The position numbers and the translations under genes are program-made. The notes under the pieces were generated by a model that did not search any database, had not been told where the DNA came from, and was given only the letters and a program-made list of their open reading frames with translations. Positions 60,275 to 64,000 of a stretch of 64,000 bases of DNA are shown here, one piece after another; positions within the stretch are counted from its first letter, which is position 1, and the number at the start of each line of letters is the position of its first letter. The DNA comes from Candidatus Latescibacterota bacterium (GTDB taxonomy: Bacteria > Latescibacterota > UBA2968). The stretch is from the NCBI GenBank assembly GCA_965116885.1, contig OZ220741.1, positions 3,072,001 through 3,136,000 of the forward strand, in the 5' to 3' direction.

Positions 60275-61174
60275 CTACGACACCTCTGTGCGGAATAGGG
60301 GGCGAAGTTTTGCAAGGATGGCGTCGAGTTCGCGGTGGTCGTCTTCATCCATTTTTGTGGTGCCGGGCGCGCGCATGCCGCTTGTTTTGAAGATGCCCCG
60401 ACGAATGAGTACTTCTTTGACCAGGCGGAGACCGAGGATTTGGATCAGGTTGGTGAGTGGAAGGAGTTGATCGAAAAGATCGCGTGCTCTGTCTTCATCG
60501 CCTGCTTGAAAGGCATCCCATATGTCAACATGAATATCGACAACCGGGGCGCCGGGCATAAAGCCACTGGCGCCTCGTCGCATTTCTGAGATCATCCAGC
60601 GGCACCAGGCCCCGCCAAAAACGCCCTGACAGTGATCACCTGCTTCGGCGACAATGGCACTGATGTGATGTGCGCTGGGGTTGGCTTCTTCTTTGACGTA
60701 GATGAGGTGCTCAACTTCGGTGAGCAGGCGAACGAGTGCGGGAGGTTGCATGCCAGCACCTGCGTTCTGGATGAAAATGGGCAATTGTCCCGCGCTGGAA
60801 ATGGCCTCGAAGTAGCGGAGGTTTTCATCGGGTCCACCGCTGCCCATATAGGGGGGCATGGCGATGACGGCGTCGGCACCTGCGCGCCCGGCATGGGCGG
60901 CGTGTTCGGTGGCTGTGGAGATATTGGTACCGGCCACACCGGTGATGACGGGCGTGCGTTTGTCGGTTTTTTTGACGACGATTTCGACCAGGGTTTGTCG
61001 CTCTCGGTCGGAGAGATATTGAAATTCACCTCCGAGCACGGGAAAAACCAGGCCACCTGCACCTGCGGCGATGCAGAAGTCGATTTGCCGCTCCAGGCTT
61101 TCGATGTCGAAGTCACCGGATTCGGCAACGGGTGTTTGTAATACGGGCAAGATACCGCGGATGGGATCGCTCAC
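60275..61174 (-). CDS. DapA/NAL family class I aldolase or dehydratase (second paralog)
   Basis: GILPVLQTP, GEF..LS..ER, GADAV..MPPY and VKEE. Confidence 0.92.
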   Translation of the reverse strand: MSDPIRGILPVLQTPVAESGDFDIESLERQIDFCIAAGAGGLVFPVLGGEFQYLSDRERQTLVEIVVKKTDKRTPVITGVAGTNISTATEHAAHAGRAGADAVIAMPPYMGSGGPDENLRYFEAISSAGQLPIFIQNAGAGMQPPALVRLLTEVEHLIYVKEEANPSAHHISAIVAEAGDHCQGVFGGAWCRWMISEMRRGASGFMPGAPVVDIHVDIWDAFQAGDEDRARDLFDQLLPLTNLIQILGLRLVKEVLIRRGIFKTSGMRAPGTTKMDEDDHRELDAILAKLRPLFRTEVS

Positions 61175-61206
61175 GGTGGTCTCCTGTAGGTTAGAATTGC
61201 TGGCTG

Positions 61207-63876
61207 CTAATAATCGTACGATAGCGAAATATTCCAGCGGCGCGATAGGCCGAGGAATACGCGGGCACTCGCTGCGTCGTGATTGTTGCCGTCATCTGCA
61301 TCGGACACGTAGCGTTCGTCGAGCAAATTGAAGACGTGTAATTGCAGTTTCACTTTGCCATTGCCAAATGTATTGCCGGGCAGGGTGTAGCCCGCATGCA
61401 GATTTACCAGGTTGTAATTTGGGAGTTGCCAGGATTGTTTTCGGTCGTTGGCATCTGTTCGATTGGCGGGATCAAATTTGGCGTAGTGATCCATAAAACG
61501 CCGCAGATTCAGCGAGGCGTAGAGGCCGCGTGTGGGAAATATTGTGCCGCTCAGCGCAAGGGTTTTTTGTGCCGAGTCGCCCACTTTTAGCCCTTTGGCA
61601 TAGACTTGAAAGTTGCCGATAACAGATGGGTCTTCTTCGGGGGAAAATGTGACATTGGCATCGTTGAGCCATTCCCAGTTGCCCAGCGATAACATACCGC
61701 GCACTTCCAGCATGGAATGGGGGCGCGCTTTCAGGTCGAACTCTATACCTGTGTGCCGCGCGTCGATGCCGTTTAGCAAAAATCGGAAGCTCTGGTCGAG
61801 TTTTTCGCTGTAAATGCTCTTGGGCCACGAGCGGTCTATCCATCTGGTGTAATAGAAATTTGTGTTTGCTGTCACTACGCCGCGCTTGAAATAACCAGTG
61901 CCCAGTTCAAAAGAAGCGACTTTTTCATTGAATGTGGGATCGTAGAGGCTGTTGTCATAGTGATAAACAGAGTCGAATTTGGGGGCTGTTGAAAGCCAGC
62001 CGATGTTGGCATATACATTGATTGCGGGGGTTGCGTTGTAGTTGCCGCCCACTTTTGCGGTGTAGCCTTTGAAGTTTTCCCAGTCTGTCTGATCCCAGTC
62101 GCCATTGACCTTTGCACGGAAATAGTCGATGCGTTTATAACCGGTTATGGATCCCGATGTGCTCAAAAATGCCGTAAAGTTGTTAAACCGACCTTCGAGT
62201 TGCGCAAAACCACCGCCCCAGCGCGTGAGACCGTCGTTGTGGTAGGATACTTTGTCACCGAGCCGTTTGACGGCGGTGGTGGCATTTCTATCCCAGGGAA
62301 AGACGTAATAATCGGCACCGAGCAGATTGCGTACTTCGCGCCAGTGTTGCCCTCTGTAATAGCGCAAATCTATGCCAAAGGCCAGCGTGTAGATGTCGCT
62401 CAAACGGTGTTCAGCGGTGCCCAAATATCCATACCAGAAGTGCTGGTTGACCGAGTTGCGGATGACGGTTCTTGCCGCAATTTCACTGCTGCCCACTTCA
62501 CCTGCACCTACCAGGTCGGGATGGGCTTCCGACGCTGTTTGGGTGTTTAATTCATCGGCAACGCGTTGCCAGTTGATGCTGCCATCGGGTAACGAGCGCG
62601 GGTTGGTGCCCAAACGTCCTGTGCCACCGCCTTTGCCGCGCGAGAAATAAAATACGTTGGACAGGATGAATTGTTCGTTGGGTGTCCAGTACCAGTTCAA
62701 ATTGATCTGGGGTTTGTGGTAAAAATTCTCGCGTTCCATGATGATTTCGCTGTCGCGTGCGTCGTGTACCTGGCCGTTGTAGTACTCTTGATAGGTTGAA
62801 AAAGGCGAGCGTCCCCAGTTGGGGTTGTAATCGATACCGTAGTTTCTCGCATCCGAAACATCAATGCCCAGGGATCGGGCGTAATCGGCATCAAAGGTTG
62901 CGATAGATTGCTTGTAGAGGCGATGCCCGTGGCGTTGCGGTGCGCCTACGACAAACAGGTCAATTTTTTGTGTCTCAGATGCTAAAAAGCTCAGTGCGCC
63001 AAAATAGGACCACGCCGATGTCCATGCTTGATCGGGCAGACCGTCGCCGATTTTGCGCGTGAGACCGAGAGTGAAAGCGGTTTTGTCGTTCATCAAACCC
63101 GATGAAAAATTGACTGTGGTTTTGTAAAAGGCGTTGTTCCCCGCCTCCTGTTTGATTTTGAACCCGCGCTGTTGACGGGCGATGTCGGTGACAATGTTCA
63201 TGGTGCCACCCACTGAGGCTATTGCCAGATTTGAGGCTCCCAATCCGCGCTGGACCTGGATTGATGACGTGACGTCGCTCAGCCCATCCCAGTTGGACCA
63301 ATAGACCCAGCCGTTTTCCATATCGTTGACTGGTACGCCGTTGATCATGACGGCGACGTTGCGCTGGTCAAATCCCCTCACATTGATGCGAGAATCACCA
63401 GGGCCTCCACCTTGCTCGGTTGCATAAACGCCCGGCGTATCATTCAAAATCATCGGGAGGTCGCGCGAGCCGAGTTTGCGCTCCATATCGGCTTTTGGAA
63501 CGTCTGAGAAGGCAACGGGTGTTTCGCGCAATTTGGCGCGGTCGGCAACGACGGTGACTTCTTTGCCTCGAAATGCTTCGGGTATGAGTTCTATAAATAA
63601 CTCGGCAGCATCCGCTTTTACAACGATGGCGTTGCGATATTCTTTGTATCCTACAAAACTTATGACGAGTGTATAGTTGCCTTCGCCGACTCTGCTAATC
63701 TCAAATTGCCCATCGAGATCAGCAGTAGTTCCTCGCCCAACACCTTCTAAATACACGTTTGCGCCCGGCAGGGCTTCACCGGTTTCGGCATCGCGCACTT
63801 TGCCTGTTAACTCGGCGGCAGACAGGGTTGAATGGGCCAGGAATAATAGAGCCAAAAACATAATCAGTTGCTTCAT
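61207..63876 (-). CDS. TonB-dependent receptor with an N-terminal carboxypeptidase-regulatory-like domain
   Basis: Signal peptide, G.V.DA.TGE.LPGANV, plug RGF....V.INGVP, NLLD..Y, aromatic C-terminus; AGGAG RBS. Confidence 0.95.
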   Translation of the reverse strand: MKQLIMFLALLFLAHSTLSAAELTGKVRDAETGEALPGANVYLEGVGRGTTADLDGQFEISRVGEGNYTLVISFVGYKEYRNAIVVKADAAELFIELIPEAFRGKEVTVVADRAKLRETPVAFSDVPKADMERKLGSRDLPMILNDTPGVYATEQGGGPGDSRINVRGFDQRNVAVMINGVPVNDMENGWVYWSNWDGLSDVTSSIQVQRGLGASNLAIASVGGTMNIVTDIARQQRGFKIKQEAGNNAFYKTTVNFSSGLMNDKTAFTLGLTRKIGDGLPDQAWTSAWSYFGALSFLASETQKIDLFVVGAPQRHGHRLYKQSIATFDADYARSLGIDVSDARNYGIDYNPNWGRSPFSTYQEYYNGQVHDARDSEIIMERENFYHKPQINLNWYWTPNEQFILSNVFYFSRGKGGGTGRLGTNPRSLPDGSINWQRVADELNTQTASEAHPDLVGAGEVGSSEIAARTVIRNSVNQHFWYGYLGTAEHRLSDIYTLAFGIDLRYYRGQHWREVRNLLGADYYVFPWDRNATTAVKRLGDKVSYHNDGLTRWGGGFAQLEGRFNNFTAFLSTSGSITGYKRIDYFRAKVNGDWDQTDWENFKGYTAKVGGNYNATPAINVYANIGWLSTAPKFDSVYHYDNSLYDPTFNEKVASFELGTGYFKRGVVTANTNFYYTRWIDRSWPKSIYSEKLDQSFRFLLNGIDARHTGIEFDLKARPHSMLEVRGMLSLGNWEWLNDANVTFSPEEDPSVIGNFQVYAKGLKVGDSAQKTLALSGTIFPTRGLYASLNLRRFMDHYAKFDPANRTDANDRKQSWQLPNYNLVNLHAGYTLPGNTFGNGKVKLQLHVFNLLDERYVSDADDGNNHDAASARVFLGLSRRWNISLSYDY

Positions 63877-64000
63877 ATTGTATCTCCTTAAAAAATGGGA
63901 CACATACGCTATGTGCGGCGTATTGGACGCTGTTGTTGTGCTAATATATACAATTTTATATTAAAATTCACGATCTGGTACTTTCCAGTTGGCGTACCAG

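Noticed and set aside
63950..63968. AT-rich near-palindrome upstream of the TonB receptor as a Fur/Zur box
   Set aside because: It is low-complexity, matches no consensus I can support, and its context is cut by the window edge.

Overview
A gene-dense bacterial chromosomal window with about 53 CDSs and no rRNA, tRNA, CRISPR array, transposase or integrase. The host is Gram-negative (TonB receptor, AlgE-type porin, Wza/Wzz). Secreted WD40/NHL/CRTAC1 proteins with a C-terminal dockerin/EF-hand-like tail suggest an FCB-group organism such as Latescibacterota or Gemmatimonadota, possibly host-associated; this is inference only. The main blocks are: (1) a phosphoesterase-YyaL-flavoprotein-NAAAR run; (2) a circularly permuted ATP-grasp/alpha-E/transglutaminase cassette whose second ligase looks catalytically dead; (3) a solo Rieske protein behind a promoter containing a perfect 16-bp palindrome; (4) a 14.7-kb minus-strand run yicC-gmk-rpoZ-coaBC-udg-dnaB-radA-kptA-diadenylate cyclase-GT-TPR-moxR-DUF58-ABC-oxidoreductase; (5) lepA-lepB-hemW-thrB-wza-wzz-metE-like-adhesin-tsaC; (6) recD2, followed by an intergenic region with candidate small RNAs; (7) TesA/YbbAP, cinA, purM, tauD, a sulfatase and a catabolic block (twin enolases, SAF oxidoreductase, two DapA-like lyases) bracketed by a duplicated sulfatase fragment; (8) a TonB receptor. 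The best leads are the radA-kptA-DAC module, a promoter- and terminator-defined orphan sRNA near 45.2-45.3 kb with a convergent structured RNA, 7/8/9-mer repeat elements at gene junctions, and several short duplication scars. All family calls come from recognising motifs by eye; no database was searched.
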